Assembly: GCA_031393955.1 (NCBI GenBank)
Contig: JANMWI010000082.1
Coordinates: 26,064-90,063, forward strand
Length of the DNA: 64,000 nt
Source of the DNA: Acidobacteriota bacterium
GTDB taxonomy: Bacteria; Acidobacteriota; Vicinamibacteria; Vicinamibacterales; 2-12-FULL-66-21
Direction of reading: 5' to 3'
The notes beneath the pieces are model-generated. The model was not told the origin of the DNA. It searched no databases and saw only the letters and a list, made by a program, of their open reading frames with translations. Positions 8,764 to 17,546 of the stretch are shown one piece after another (positions within the stretch are counted from its first letter, which is position 1; each line of letters starts with the position of its first letter). The translations under genes and the position numbers were made by a program.

Positions 8764-9051
8764 CGCGCACCTTCCATTCGCGTAGCGGAGAGTTCCGGTC
8801 AACCACGACATGCGCAAGCGCTATGCCGTCATCCGGACTCGCCGTGCCGAGCGGCTCGCGCGCCGGTCAAGCCGGCCACCGCCGTCCCGTGCCGGTACGT
8901 GAGTTGCGACAGAGCTTGCCGGTCTTCGAGACAGGCCCTGCCAATGGCCCGGGTTGATCGCCGCAATTCCGGAGGCGAAATTCTCCTCGCGGCACCTGAA
9001 AAAGTTCGCATCCGGGCCGCAGACGATGGGCTGTACGGCGACGGAGGTATC

Positions 9052-9789
9052 ATGGCCGGCAAGACGCGGGACCACGGACTCAGCGCGATGGGCCTGACCT
9101 TGTTCTTCTTCGCGGCGGCTTGCGCGGCCAGCGGGAGCTGGCGCCAGGGTGATGCCCGGGACTGGGACGCCGAGCGGCGGCGGATGGTCGACGACCAGCT
9201 GCGGGCGCGCGGGATCCGCAGCGCCCAGGTTCTGGACGCGATGCGCTCGGTGCCGCGTCATCTGTTCGTGCCCGAGCCCGAGCGCGGCCGCGCCTACAGC
9301 GACGCGCCGTTGGCGATCGGCCACCGGCAGACCATTTCGCAGCCGTACATTGTCGCGTTCATGACCGAGGCTCTGGATGTGACGGCGGCAGATCGCGTCC
9401 TCGAGGTCGGGACGGGGTCTGGCTACCAGGCGGCGGTGCTCGCGGCGCTGGCGAAGGAGGTCTACACTATCGAGATTGTGCCTCCCCTCGCCGACCGGGC
9501 GCGCGCGACACTTTCCGCGCTGGGATATCGCAACATCCAGGTGCGCACCGGCAATGGCTACCTGGGATGGCCCGAACACGCGCCGTACGATCGCATAATG
9601 GTGACGGCGGCGCCGGCCGCGGTCCCGCCGGCCCTGATCGAGCAGCTCAAGATCGGCGGGGTCATGGCGATTCCGGTCGGCACGGCGGCCCAGGAGCTGC
9701 GCATCCTGCGTCGTACCGCCGACGGCATGGAGACGCTGACGACGCTGCCGGTGCGGTTCGTACCGATGACCCACAACCCCGGGACCTAG
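9052..9789 (+). CDS. pcm: protein-L-isoaspartate O-methyltransferase
   Basis: This is the 3' part of ORF 8335..9789. ATG 9052 is preceded by GGAGGT. Motifs are RHLFVP, TISQPYIVAFMTEAL, the SAM motif VLEVGTGSGYQAAVLA and YDRIMVTAA. Confidence 0.9.
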   Translation: MAGKTRDHGLSAMGLTLFFFAAACAASGSWRQGDARDWDAERRRMVDDQLRARGIRSAQVLDAMRSVPRHLFVPEPERGRAYSDAPLAIGHRQTISQPYIVAFMTEALDVTAADRVLEVGTGSGYQAAVLAALAKEVYTIEIVPPLADRARATLSALGYRNIQVRTGNGYLGWPEHAPYDRIMVTAAPAAVPPALIEQLKIGGVMAIPVGTAAQELRILRRTADGMETLTTLPVRFVPMTHNPGT

Positions 9790-9829
9790 ATGCACATCCT
9801 CTGGGAGGAGTTGACCGGCGGCCTGCCGG

Positions 9830-10273
9830 ATGCCGCGCAGCTCGCGCGCCTTCATCCGTCTCACCGCGGCGGCGGTGTTGGGCGGCGTGGTTGGATTTCA
9901 GCGCGAACGGGCCAGGAAACCGGCCGGCCTCCGCACCCACATGCTGGTGTCGATCGGTACCGCCGTGTTCATCCTCGCCTGCGCCAGCGCCGGGATGACG
10001 CCCGACGGCATCTCGCGGATCGTGCAAGGCGTCGTCACCGGCATCGGCTTCATCGGCGCCGGCGCCATCCTCAAAACGCATGGCAGCGGCGGGGTGCATG
10101 GGCTGACCACCGCGGCGAGCGTCTGGATGGCCGCCGCGATCGGTGTGGCGGTCGGACTGGGCACGCTCGGCCTTGCCATCCTTGGCGCGCTGTTCGCGTT
10201 TGTCATCCTGTCGATGTCCCGGCACACGATGCTGGACCTGGCGCCAGGCACCGGCGACCACCTCGGCAACTGA
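9830..10273 (+). CDS. MgtC/SapB family membrane protein
   Basis: ORF 9830..10273, with an in-frame TGA at 9812 upstream. Motifs are LGGVVGFQRERARKPAGLRTHMLVSIGTA and TGIGFIGAGAIL. Confidence 0.85.
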   Translation: MPRSSRAFIRLTAAAVLGGVVGFQRERARKPAGLRTHMLVSIGTAVFILACASAGMTPDGISRIVQGVVTGIGFIGAGAILKTHGSGGVHGLTTAASVWMAAAIGVAVGLGTLGLAILGALFAFVILSMSRHTMLDLAPGTGDHLGN

Positions 10274-10340
10274 GAACGCTGCCGCGGCCCGTGCCGGCCG
10301 GCGCGACTGGCACGGCATCTGCGTCGGTCGATGTCAGGCC

Positions 10341-11273
10341 ATGAAACTCGCGGCGATCGCAGTCGATTACGACGGGACGCTGACGCTTGACGGCCGGTTG
10401 TCGCCAGCGGTCGTCGATGCGATCGGTTACGCCCGCCAGCAGGGCATCCGCGTCATCCTCGCCACTGGACGCCGCCTCGCCCATCTGGCCAACGACACCG
10501 AACTGGCCATGTTCGATGCCGTCGTCGCCGAGAACGGCGCGGTGCTGGATTTTCCCGCCACCGGCCGTCACATCCGGCTCGGGCTGGCGCCCCCGGCCGC
10601 GTTCCTCGATGCCCTGACCGAGCGCGGCCTGTCGTTTATGACCGGAGAGTGTGTGGTCGAAACCGAGGCCGCGCATGCCCTTGCGGCCCTGGTCTTCAAC
10701 CGCGATCGGATGATGCTCCTCCCGGCCGGCGTCACCAAGGCCACCGGCCTGCGGCAGGCGAAGGATGCGGTCCGTCTCGTGACGCGCGAGTCGGAACCGG
10801 CCGAGGTCGAGGCGCTGTCGCGACTGTGCGAGGTGCCGCTCGACGCCGGCGTCCTCGCCAGCCTCGACATCACCGAGGCGGTCCTGCTGCCGGGACCCGA
10901 CGAGGCCGGCGGGCGGCTGGTTCGCTTTCGCGTCGGCGCCCGACTCACCACCCACGTCCGGCATCGTCAGAAATACTGCGACATGCCGGTGGCCTCCGCG
11001 CAGGCGTTCGTCTTCACCGGCGGCGGATCGGCCGGTCCCCGGGCGCGTAGTCTTCGCGACCTGGTGACGCTGCTTGGCACCGAGCCGGCCGCCCGGCTCG
11101 AGGGGCACTTCGCGCGCCATGACATTTCCCGGTGGATCCGCGAGGTGTTCCGCGACGGCGTCCTCGCCGCCCGACTGGCGGAGATCGAACGCCGGACCCG
11201 CCATGACCCCCCGCGCGTCGTCGCGGAGTCGCTCGCACAGGCAATCCGGGCACGCTACGCATTCACGAACTGA
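10341..11273 (+). CDS. HAD-superfamily-like protein with degenerate C-terminal catalytic motifs plus an uncharacterised C-terminal domain
   Basis: This is the 3' part of ORF 10143..11273, starting at ATG 10341. HAD motif I is present (AVDYDGTLT), as are motif II (ILATGR) and the motif III Lys (GVTKATGL). I could not find a GDxxxD/motif IV. Confidence 0.6.
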   Translation: MKLAAIAVDYDGTLTLDGRLSPAVVDAIGYARQQGIRVILATGRRLAHLANDTELAMFDAVVAENGAVLDFPATGRHIRLGLAPPAAFLDALTERGLSFMTGECVVETEAAHALAALVFNRDRMMLLPAGVTKATGLRQAKDAVRLVTRESEPAEVEALSRLCEVPLDAGVLASLDITEAVLLPGPDEAGGRLVRFRVGARLTTHVRHRQKYCDMPVASAQAFVFTGGGSAGPRARSLRDLVTLLGTEPAARLEGHFARHDISRWIREVFRDGVLAARLAEIERRTRHDPPRVVAESLAQAIRARYAFTN

Positions 11274-11433
11274 CAGCGTCCGGGTCAAACCCGCGCACGA
11301 GCGGAGGATTCCCCGGCCTCCGCGAAAAAACCCGGGTCCGGAGCAGCGGCCGCAAGACCGACGCGGCGGGCCGGGCGTCCTAACATGGAACGTCGATTGC
11401 GATCGGTCGTGCATCACCCGGAGAAAAACAGCC

Positions 11434-11688
11434 ATGTTGAACCCGACGACCGCCCCTGCCGCCCCCGCGGCGCTCTCGCTCGCGGATGGTCTGCGCATCA
11501 TCCGCGCCGAGTTCCTCGAGAGTCCAGGCCTGCACCTGACGATGAAACAGGCGCAGCGGCTCTGGAATCTCGATGCGATGACCTGTGATGAGCTGCTCGA
11601 CGCGCTCGTCCACAGCGGGTTTCTCCGGCGCACCCACGGCGACCGAAGCCGCGGCGATGGCTACGTCAGGGCGGATTCCCAGCACTGA
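11434..11688 (+). CDS. small hypothetical protein (about 84 aa, possible winged-helix fold)
   Basis: An in-frame ATG at 11434 within ORF 11074..11688 gives MLNPTTAPAAPAALSLADGLRIIRAEFLESPGLHLTMKQAQRLWNLDAMTCDELLDALVHSGFLRR. The upstream part of the ORF is Arg/Pro-rich nonsense. Confidence 0.45.
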   Translation: MLNPTTAPAAPAALSLADGLRIIRAEFLESPGLHLTMKQAQRLWNLDAMTCDELLDALVHSGFLRRTHGDRSRGDGYVRADSQH

Positions 11689-11764
11689 CCGCGGCGGTCC
11701 CGGCGCCACCGTCAGCCTCTCCGGCACGAATGCCCAGGCTGACGGCGCGCGCCGTGCGCTCGCT

Positions 11765-12262
11765 CTACGCCTTGGAAACCGCCACCAGGGCGTCTGGCAG
11801 GACGAAGTCGTGTTCCGGGTGCCGCACGGTCAGCACCGGGCACGGCGCCGATCGGACGATCCGTTCCGCGACGCTGCCGAGGAACACGCGCGCCACCGCG
11901 CCGCGGCCGTGGGTGCCGACGATGATCAAGTCGACGGCGTGCGTTCTGGCGTATTCGACGATCGCGGCCGCCGGTCCGTTGTGTGTCACCGTTGCCGTCA
12001 CGGCGTTGAGCTCATTCCGCTCGGACTCGTCAAGGAGGGCGTCGGTCCGCTTGCGCGCCTCCGCCTCGATCTCCTCCTGTAGCTGCGGCGGAAACCCCGC
12101 GTAGCCAAATCCATCGACCGATCTGGCGAACAGGTTGTCGGTGACGTGCACGACGTGCAGCGCGGCGCCGAACGCCCGCGCCAGATCCTTGCCGTAGCGC
12201 AGGGCGATCTCCGACTCCGGACCAAAATCCGTGGCAACGAGAATCGTTTTTGCAGCAATCAT
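11765..12262 (-). CDS. universal stress protein (UspA family)
   Basis: ORF 11765..12280, with the start moved to ATG 12262 (AGGAGG 6 nt upstream). It begins MIAAKTILVATDFGPES and carries DLIIVGTHGRGAVARVFLGSVAERIVRSAPCPVLTV. Confidence 0.85.
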   Translation of the reverse strand: MIAAKTILVATDFGPESEIALRYGKDLARAFGAALHVVHVTDNLFARSVDGFGYAGFPPQLQEEIEAEARKRTDALLDESERNELNAVTATVTHNGPAAAIVEYARTHAVDLIIVGTHGRGAVARVFLGSVAERIVRSAPCPVLTVRHPEHDFVLPDALVAVSKA

Positions 12263-12618
12263 GGCGGCCTCCTGCAGCACACCCGGTTGCCCGGGTCATG
12301 TCTTGTCTGTCGCATCAGGCGCAACGACCATGCCACGGTCGATTTGACGGATTGCTCAGCGACCGAGCAGAGCTTTGCCCTTCTCCTGACTGGCGCCGCG
12401 GCGGTGGGGGGGAATATTACGCACGCTGTGGGAAATACCCGGATCGTCCACGTCAGCGGCCGCCGCGGCCGCCGAGCCGTGCGCGCTTTGAAGTTCGCCA
12501 CCTCTGCGTAAAGTTACAACCCGGCCGCGAAATACTCCGCCGTCGGGCGGCGCCTCGGGCCCGTCGGAGCGCCCCACGGCTGCCGTGTCGCAGGCATTTC
12601 TATTGCTGCAGCAGTGGC

Positions 12619-13341
12619 ATGGGCCGGGTCCACGGGGTCGGGCTGCTCGGGAGCGTGCTGGCAGCGGCTCTGACGATGCCGAACGCTGTTCTCGCTCAGG
12701 TGGCCGTCTATGACGAGGCGTACCGCATCGAGCGCACCGCGGGCCTCCGACCGCTTGCCCGGACCTTCACTCCGTCGCAGCTCGCGCTCCTCGAAAAACT
12801 CAATCGCGCGGAAATCGCGCACCTCACACGGCTGCAGACGCTGGTCGTGCCGGCGTCGTGGGAGGACGAACTGGCCTACAGCGTGCTGCCGGCGCGCTAT
12901 CCCCCCGGCCGGCCCCCGGTCAAGCTCCTGATCGTGTTCCTGCCCGGGCAGCTCTTTGGCGCCTACGAATCCGGCAGCCTGGTGCGCTGGGGGCCGATCA
13001 GCTCCGGCCGCCGCCGCAGCCCGACGCCGGCCGGTCAGTTCACGCTCAACTGGCGCTCGACCGGCCGCGCGAGCACGGTCAACCCAAACTGGTTCATGCG
13101 CTGGTGCTTCAACTACCGGAATGCGGCCGGTGCCGCGCTGCACGCCTACGCCCTGCCCGGCTATCCGGCGAGTCATGGCTGCATCAGGCTTCTCGACCGT
13201 GATGCCCGGTGGCTGTTCGAGTGGGGAGAGCCGTGGAAACTGGATCCCGGCGGGACGCGGATCCTCCAGTCGGGCACGCCGCTCTCCATCGTCGGCGCGT
13301 ACGACTTCGATGCCGCGCCGCCGTGGCGCTCGTTGCAGTAG
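12619..13341 (+). CDS. L,D-transpeptidase (YkuD domain) protein
   Basis: This is the 3' part of ORF 12250..13341, starting at ATG 12619 with a signal-like MGRVHGVGLLGSVLAAALTMPNAVLAQ. The catalytic motif is ALHAYALPGYPASHGCIRL. Confidence 0.8.
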   Translation: MGRVHGVGLLGSVLAAALTMPNAVLAQVAVYDEAYRIERTAGLRPLARTFTPSQLALLEKLNRAEIAHLTRLQTLVVPASWEDELAYSVLPARYPPGRPPVKLLIVFLPGQLFGAYESGSLVRWGPISSGRRRSPTPAGQFTLNWRSTGRASTVNPNWFMRWCFNYRNAAGAALHAYALPGYPASHGCIRLLDRDARWLFEWGEPWKLDPGGTRILQSGTPLSIVGAYDFDAAPPWRSLQ

Positions 13342-13399
13342 CTGTCCCGGCCGGTGCAACTGCCGCTTACCGCCGGTTCCGACACATTCTGGTGACGCC

Positions 13400-15001
13400 A
13401 TGATTACTGAAGACCAGACGGCGATTCTCGAGTTTCTCAACGCCCCATCGACCCACGGCGGCGACGGCGTCGAGCGCATCGACACGCATGCGTCGGTGGT
13501 GTTTCTTGCCGGCGATCGGGCCTTGAAGCTCAAGCGCGCGGTCTGGTACGACTACCTCGATTTCTCGACCGCCGAGCGGCGCCGCACGCTGTGCGAGGCT
13601 GAAGTGCGCCTCAACCGCCGGACCGCGCCGACTCTCTACCGCGGCGTCATCGCGGTCACCCGCGAGGCCGACGGATCCCTGGCGCTCGGCGGCGCCGGCC
13701 GGCCAGCGGACTGGCTGGTGGAAATGAACCGCTTCCCGCAGGAGGCGTTATTCGACCGGCTGGCGACCGCCGGCAACCTGGACCTGACGCTGATGCCCCC
13801 GCTGGCCGAGGCCGTCGCGGCCCTGCACCTGTCGGCCGAACACCGGGTCGACCACGGCGGCAGAGCGGGGATGGCCTGGGTGCTGGAGGGTAACGCCGCC
13901 GGGCTCGGCGAGTTCGGGCGGCCGTGGCTGGATGGGGCGGTCGCGTGCCGCATTGTCGAAGATTCGAAGCGCGAACTGGAGCGGCGCGCCGCGCTCCTCG
14001 AACGCCGCCGCGCCTCTGGCTTCGTCCGCCAGTGCCACGGCGACCTGCACCTTCGTAACATCGTGCTGCTCGACGGACAACCGACCCTCTTCGACGGTGT
14101 CGAATTCAGCGACGCGATCTCGTGCACGGACGTCTTCTACGATCTGTCGTTCCTGCTGATGGACCTGTGGCGGCGCCGGCTGCCGCGGCATGCCAACACC
14201 GTCTGGAATTATTACCTGACCGCCACCGGCGATCTCGAAGGCGTGCCGCTGCTGCCCCTGTTCCTGTCCTGCCGCGCGGCCGTCCGCGCCAAGACGACCG
14301 CCACCGCCGCGCACCTTCAGGACGATGTCCTGCGGCGCGGCGAGCTTCACGCCCTGGCGCGGGAATATCTGGCGATGGCGGACCGGCTCCTGCACCCGCC
14401 GCCGCCGGCGCTGGTCGCGGTCGGTGGCCGCTCCGGCGCTGGCAAGTCGACGGTGGCTGCCGGTCTCGCTCCGTTCGTCGGCGCCGTGCCGGGCGCCGTG
14501 GTCCTCCGCAGCGACGCGATCCGGAAGCGGCTGTGCGGCGTGCCGCTCTCGGAACCGCTCGGGGCCGAAGGCTACTCGCCGAGCATGTCGGAACGCGTCT
14601 ACGCCGTGCTCGCCGAGCAGGCCTCGCTGACGCTGCGGGCGGGCCACGGCGTCGTCGTCGACGCGGTGTACGGGCGTGCCGGCGACCGGGCGGCCATCGA
14701 GAGGGTCGCCGCCGCCGTCGCCGCGCCGTTCATCGGGCTGTGGCTGGAAGCACCTGAAGCGGTGCGGATTGCCAGAGCCGGTCAGCGTCGTCACGATCCG
14801 TCCGACGCGGACGCCGCCGTCATCGGCAGGCAGGAAGCGACGGACGCCGGCGACATCCGATGGTGCCGCATCGACGCATCGCCGGCGGCGGCGGTGGTGC
14901 TGTCGCGCGCCACGGAGCGCGTTGAAAACGAGCTCCACGCCGCCTTCAGCGGCTACCACAACGCCACCCGCCCGGCGCTTGCGCCGGTCCGTTCCCGATG
15001 A
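13400..15001 (+). CDS. bifunctional aminoglycoside-phosphotransferase-like kinase / P-loop ATP-binding protein
   Basis: This is the 3' part of ORF 12956..15001, starting at ATG 13400. The kinase catalytic loop is CHGDLHLRNIVL. A later P-loop reads VAVGGRSGAGKSTVA. Confidence 0.8.
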   Translation: MITEDQTAILEFLNAPSTHGGDGVERIDTHASVVFLAGDRALKLKRAVWYDYLDFSTAERRRTLCEAEVRLNRRTAPTLYRGVIAVTREADGSLALGGAGRPADWLVEMNRFPQEALFDRLATAGNLDLTLMPPLAEAVAALHLSAEHRVDHGGRAGMAWVLEGNAAGLGEFGRPWLDGAVACRIVEDSKRELERRAALLERRRASGFVRQCHGDLHLRNIVLLDGQPTLFDGVEFSDAISCTDVFYDLSFLLMDLWRRRLPRHANTVWNYYLTATGDLEGVPLLPLFLSCRAAVRAKTTATAAHLQDDVLRRGELHALAREYLAMADRLLHPPPPALVAVGGRSGAGKSTVAAGLAPFVGAVPGAVVLRSDAIRKRLCGVPLSEPLGAEGYSPSMSERVYAVLAEQASLTLRAGHGVVVDAVYGRAGDRAAIERVAAAVAAPFIGLWLEAPEAVRIARAGQRRHDPSDADAAVIGRQEATDAGDIRWCRIDASPAAAVVLSRATERVENELHAAFSGYHNATRPALAPVRSR

Positions 15002-15083
15002 GGGCCGCCGTCAGGGCGGGACGGTCAGGGCCTGGCCGGCGGCGACGCTGACGACGACAACGCCGCCGCACAACAGTGCGAGC

Positions 15084-15856
15084 CTACGTGTCGAGCAGAG
15101 GTGCCACCGCGCCGCGTCCCCGGTCGCGACCCCCGGTCCCTTCCTCGACGCTGCTGGCCGCCGCAGTGACGACGGCGTTTCGTCCGTGCCGTTTGGCAGC
15201 GTACATCGCGGCGTCCGCCAGGCGCATCAGCGCGGCGGCGCCGGGAACCTGGTCGCTCGCGGCCGGATCGAAGGTGGCGACGCCGATCGACCCCGTGACG
15301 GTCCAGCCCGGGCCGCCGTGACGGGGGATCCGCGCCCGAATCCGTTCAGCAAGTGCCACCGCCGCTGTCCCCGATGTATTCGGCGCGAGCACCGCGAACT
15401 CGTCGCCTCCCCAGCGCGCCCCGACATCCGTCTCACGCACTGGGAACGGATAACATCCGCGACGCGGCGGATCGCCTCGTCACCGGCGCGGTGCCCGAAC
15501 CGGTCGTTGATGTCCTTGAGGCCGTCGAGATCCACAATCATCAGGGTGAGCGGGGCGCGGTAGCGGCGCGACCGCGCCAGCTCCCGGTCGAGGCGTTCGA
15601 ACAGACCCCGGCCGTTGGAAAGACCGGTCAACCCGTCGGTCTCGGACAGCTTGGCCAGCCGATCGACCTGGCGGCCGACCACGTAGCCGAAGAGCCCGAA
15701 CGCGACCGCGTTCCCCACCCAGAGATAGCCGAGCGGATCGTCGGCCAGCTCGCGAGTGACTGCCCGGAGCCACGTCGGCCCGGAGCGGGAGGAGACACGC
15801 GCCAGTCTCCCGCCGAGCAGCGCCGCCGGCGCACCCGCTGAGAGTACGCCCGCCAC
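15084..15856 (-). pseudogene. diguanylate cyclase (GGDEF) gene interrupted by a frameshift
   Basis: ORF 15227..15856 encodes a TM-like N-terminus and the first half of a GGDEF domain (TDGLTGLSNGRGL...LTLMIVDLDGLKDINDRFGHRAGDEAIRRVADVIRSQC). ORF 15084..15440, in another frame, continues it (RETDVGARWGGDEFAVLAPNTS...AAMYAAKRHGRNAV). The junction at about 15438-15440 needs a 1-nt correction. Confidence 0.7.
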
Positions 15857-15887
15857 AAGGCGTACGCAAAGCGTCGCACCATCGTCG

Positions 15888-16382
15888 CTACTCCGCCGGG
15901 CTGCTGGTCAGTCCCTCTGCAGGGTGGTGCTGCGGAGCACGCTCGGCGTGCCGCCCGGTCACCTCGATCATCGCGATGCGGAAGACCACGGGAGGACGCT
16001 GCGGCTGCTCCGCGAGCGGCACCGACGCCGGCTCCCACCAGACGGCGTGCCGCTGGAACAGCCGCAGGGCGGTGCACCGCAGTTCCTCGACGCCGGCCGC
16101 GGGCGGCAGCTCCTCGTAGCGGCCACGGACGACGACGGTCGTCCAGTGGCCGTGCTCGCCGAGCTCCTCGACCTCGAGGCAGACCAGCGGATTGTCGCGC
16201 ATCCAGTGGATCTTCTGCCCCAGGGTGGCGTAGGCGTAGAGATATTCCCCTTCGAGGTCGACATGAACCGGCACGATGTAGGGCTGGTTGTCCCGCGCGC
16301 AGGCCAGCCTGGCGACGTTGGATCGGCCGAGGACCGTTCGGCAGTCCTGGTAGGTGATCTCGCGAATAGTCGTTGTCATCAT
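15888..16382 (-). CDS. pyridoxamine 5'-phosphate oxidase family (FMN-binding split-barrel) protein
   Basis: ORF 15888..16382. The sequence IREITYQDCRTVLGRSNVARLACARDNQPYIVPVHVDLEGEYLYAYATLGQKIHWMRDNPLVCLEVEE is typical of the Pyridox_ox_2-like group. Confidence 0.8.
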   Translation of the reverse strand: MMTTTIREITYQDCRTVLGRSNVARLACARDNQPYIVPVHVDLEGEYLYAYATLGQKIHWMRDNPLVCLEVEELGEHGHWTTVVVRGRYEELPPAAGVEELRCTALRLFQRHAVWWEPASVPLAEQPQRPPVVFRIAMIEVTGRHAERAPQHHPAEGLTSSPAE

Positions 16383-16770
16383 CAGCCTCGAGGGATCGGG
16401 AACGACGGCTTAGTGCATGTATTTCGTTTGCTGGAACACCTTCCTCGATGCCATGACGCCTGCAAATTGATGTCCGGACCGGCTTCTAGCGCTGTCGGGA
16501 CCAGCAACCGCGCTGTCGCGAGCCGTTACTGCGGAATTATTCGCGTGGTGGCGGAATAGTCCCCGAGTGGAAGGAAATATCAGGGCCGACACGTCCTGCG
16601 ACAACCGCCGCGCCTGGCAGTCCGGCGCTTCGGAGCCTGTAGAAGATACCGGTGCGTGGCATGGCCGCCTCATGCGGCTCGTCTCCAGGATGAGGTGCGA
16701 CGTGCCGCGGCGCGCAGGCCAAACACCAGCGATGAGGGGATCCGACCGGTCGGCGGGAGTGCGGAGCGGT

Positions 16771-17172
16771 TCAGCGCTGGTTGTCGACGCGGAAGGTCTG
16801 GCTGCCGACGGACTGTCCGTCAAAGAAGGCTTCGACGGTGTAGTCGCCCACGGGAAACCCGCCGGCACTCTGCAGGTGAAATTCCGTGGCGGCGACGTCC
16901 TTGTACGAGACCCGCTTGGTCGGCTCGCCCGCCACCTGCTCGCCGTACTTCCAGCGCACACCGATCACACCCGATCCGGCGCCGGCGGTCAGAACCGAGA
17001 TGTAGATCGTATCGTCGGGCGAGAAGCGGGTGGTGTGCGTCGCGACCGTGCCGTCCGTGTTCAGCGATCGGCCAAGCTGCAGCGAAGTGACGTGGAGGGA
17101 TTCCCCCAGGCCGCAGCCGGTCACGGCGCACGCCAGCACCAACGCCACCAGGAAGAATGTCAGCCTTTGCAT
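16771..17172 (-). CDS. hypothetical lipoprotein
   Basis: ORF 16771..17172. The signal peptide carries a lipobox (MQRLTFFLVALVLACAVTGC). I recognised no family. Confidence 0.6.
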   Translation of the reverse strand: MQRLTFFLVALVLACAVTGCGLGESLHVTSLQLGRSLNTDGTVATHTTRFSPDDTIYISVLTAGAGSGVIGVRWKYGEQVAGEPTKRVSYKDVAATEFHLQSAGGFPVGDYTVEAFFDGQSVGSQTFRVDNQR

Positions 17173-17546
17173 CGCGGACCGGATTCTACACCGGCGCGGT
17201 TCGAGTGCGTGCGTTTCACGGCGACGGCGCGCACCAGCCGATCTGACGGACGCCTGCGATCGCGGTCGAGCGCATCGTGGCGCAGTTGACTCCGGAGATC
17301 CACGCCTACCGCTCCGCCGGCAAGCGGTGGGACCGATCGAGAGCGGTTAGCGCGCGGCGCTCGAAGTGGCGCTGCTGGCTGGGTTGGAGTGCCGGGATTG
17401 CTGTAAGCGCGCCGGCGCCGTGGATTCTCCAAACCCCGGGATCCGGCCGCGCCCCGGGGGTATGGGCCGGTCTCCCGCTATACTTGTGGACGCCGGGCCG
17501 GTTCCGGTCGGCGGTTGACCGGATCCCAGGCCTCCTCCACGAAACG

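Noticed and set aside
8335-9051. An N-terminal 239-aa extension of the pcm ORF (ORF 8335..9789). Analogous long 5' extensions occur on ORFs 10143, 12250, 12956, 17277, 38271, 41176, 43365-45062, 47752 and 57311.
   Set aside because: The upstream parts are low-complexity nonsense, often antisense to a real gene. Internal ATG/GTG codons with Shine-Dalgarno sequences, signal peptides or stop-start overlaps give canonical protein N-termini.
8764-9051. A search for FNR/CRP-type (TTGAT-N4-ATCAA) or Dos-box-like operators upstream of the two usp genes.
   Set aside because: Only a partial half-site was found (TTGATcgccGCAAT near 8954), with no convincing dyad shared by both usp upstream regions.
9790-10344. 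A 184-aa plus-strand ORF starting right at the pcm stop.
   Set aside because: It is out of frame with the clear MgtC/SapB ORF (9830..10273) that it overlaps. Its translation is Arg/Gly/His-rich nonsense.
16410-16470. An AT-rich patch upstream of the PNPOx-family gene containing a 14-codon mini-ORF (MASRKVFQQTKYMH, minus strand 16454-16410).
   Set aside because: The mini-ORF has no SD and no obvious attenuator structure. An AT-rich patch 30-90 nt upstream of a start codon is more simply a promoter region. I could not define convincing -35/-10 boxes, so nothing is annotated.
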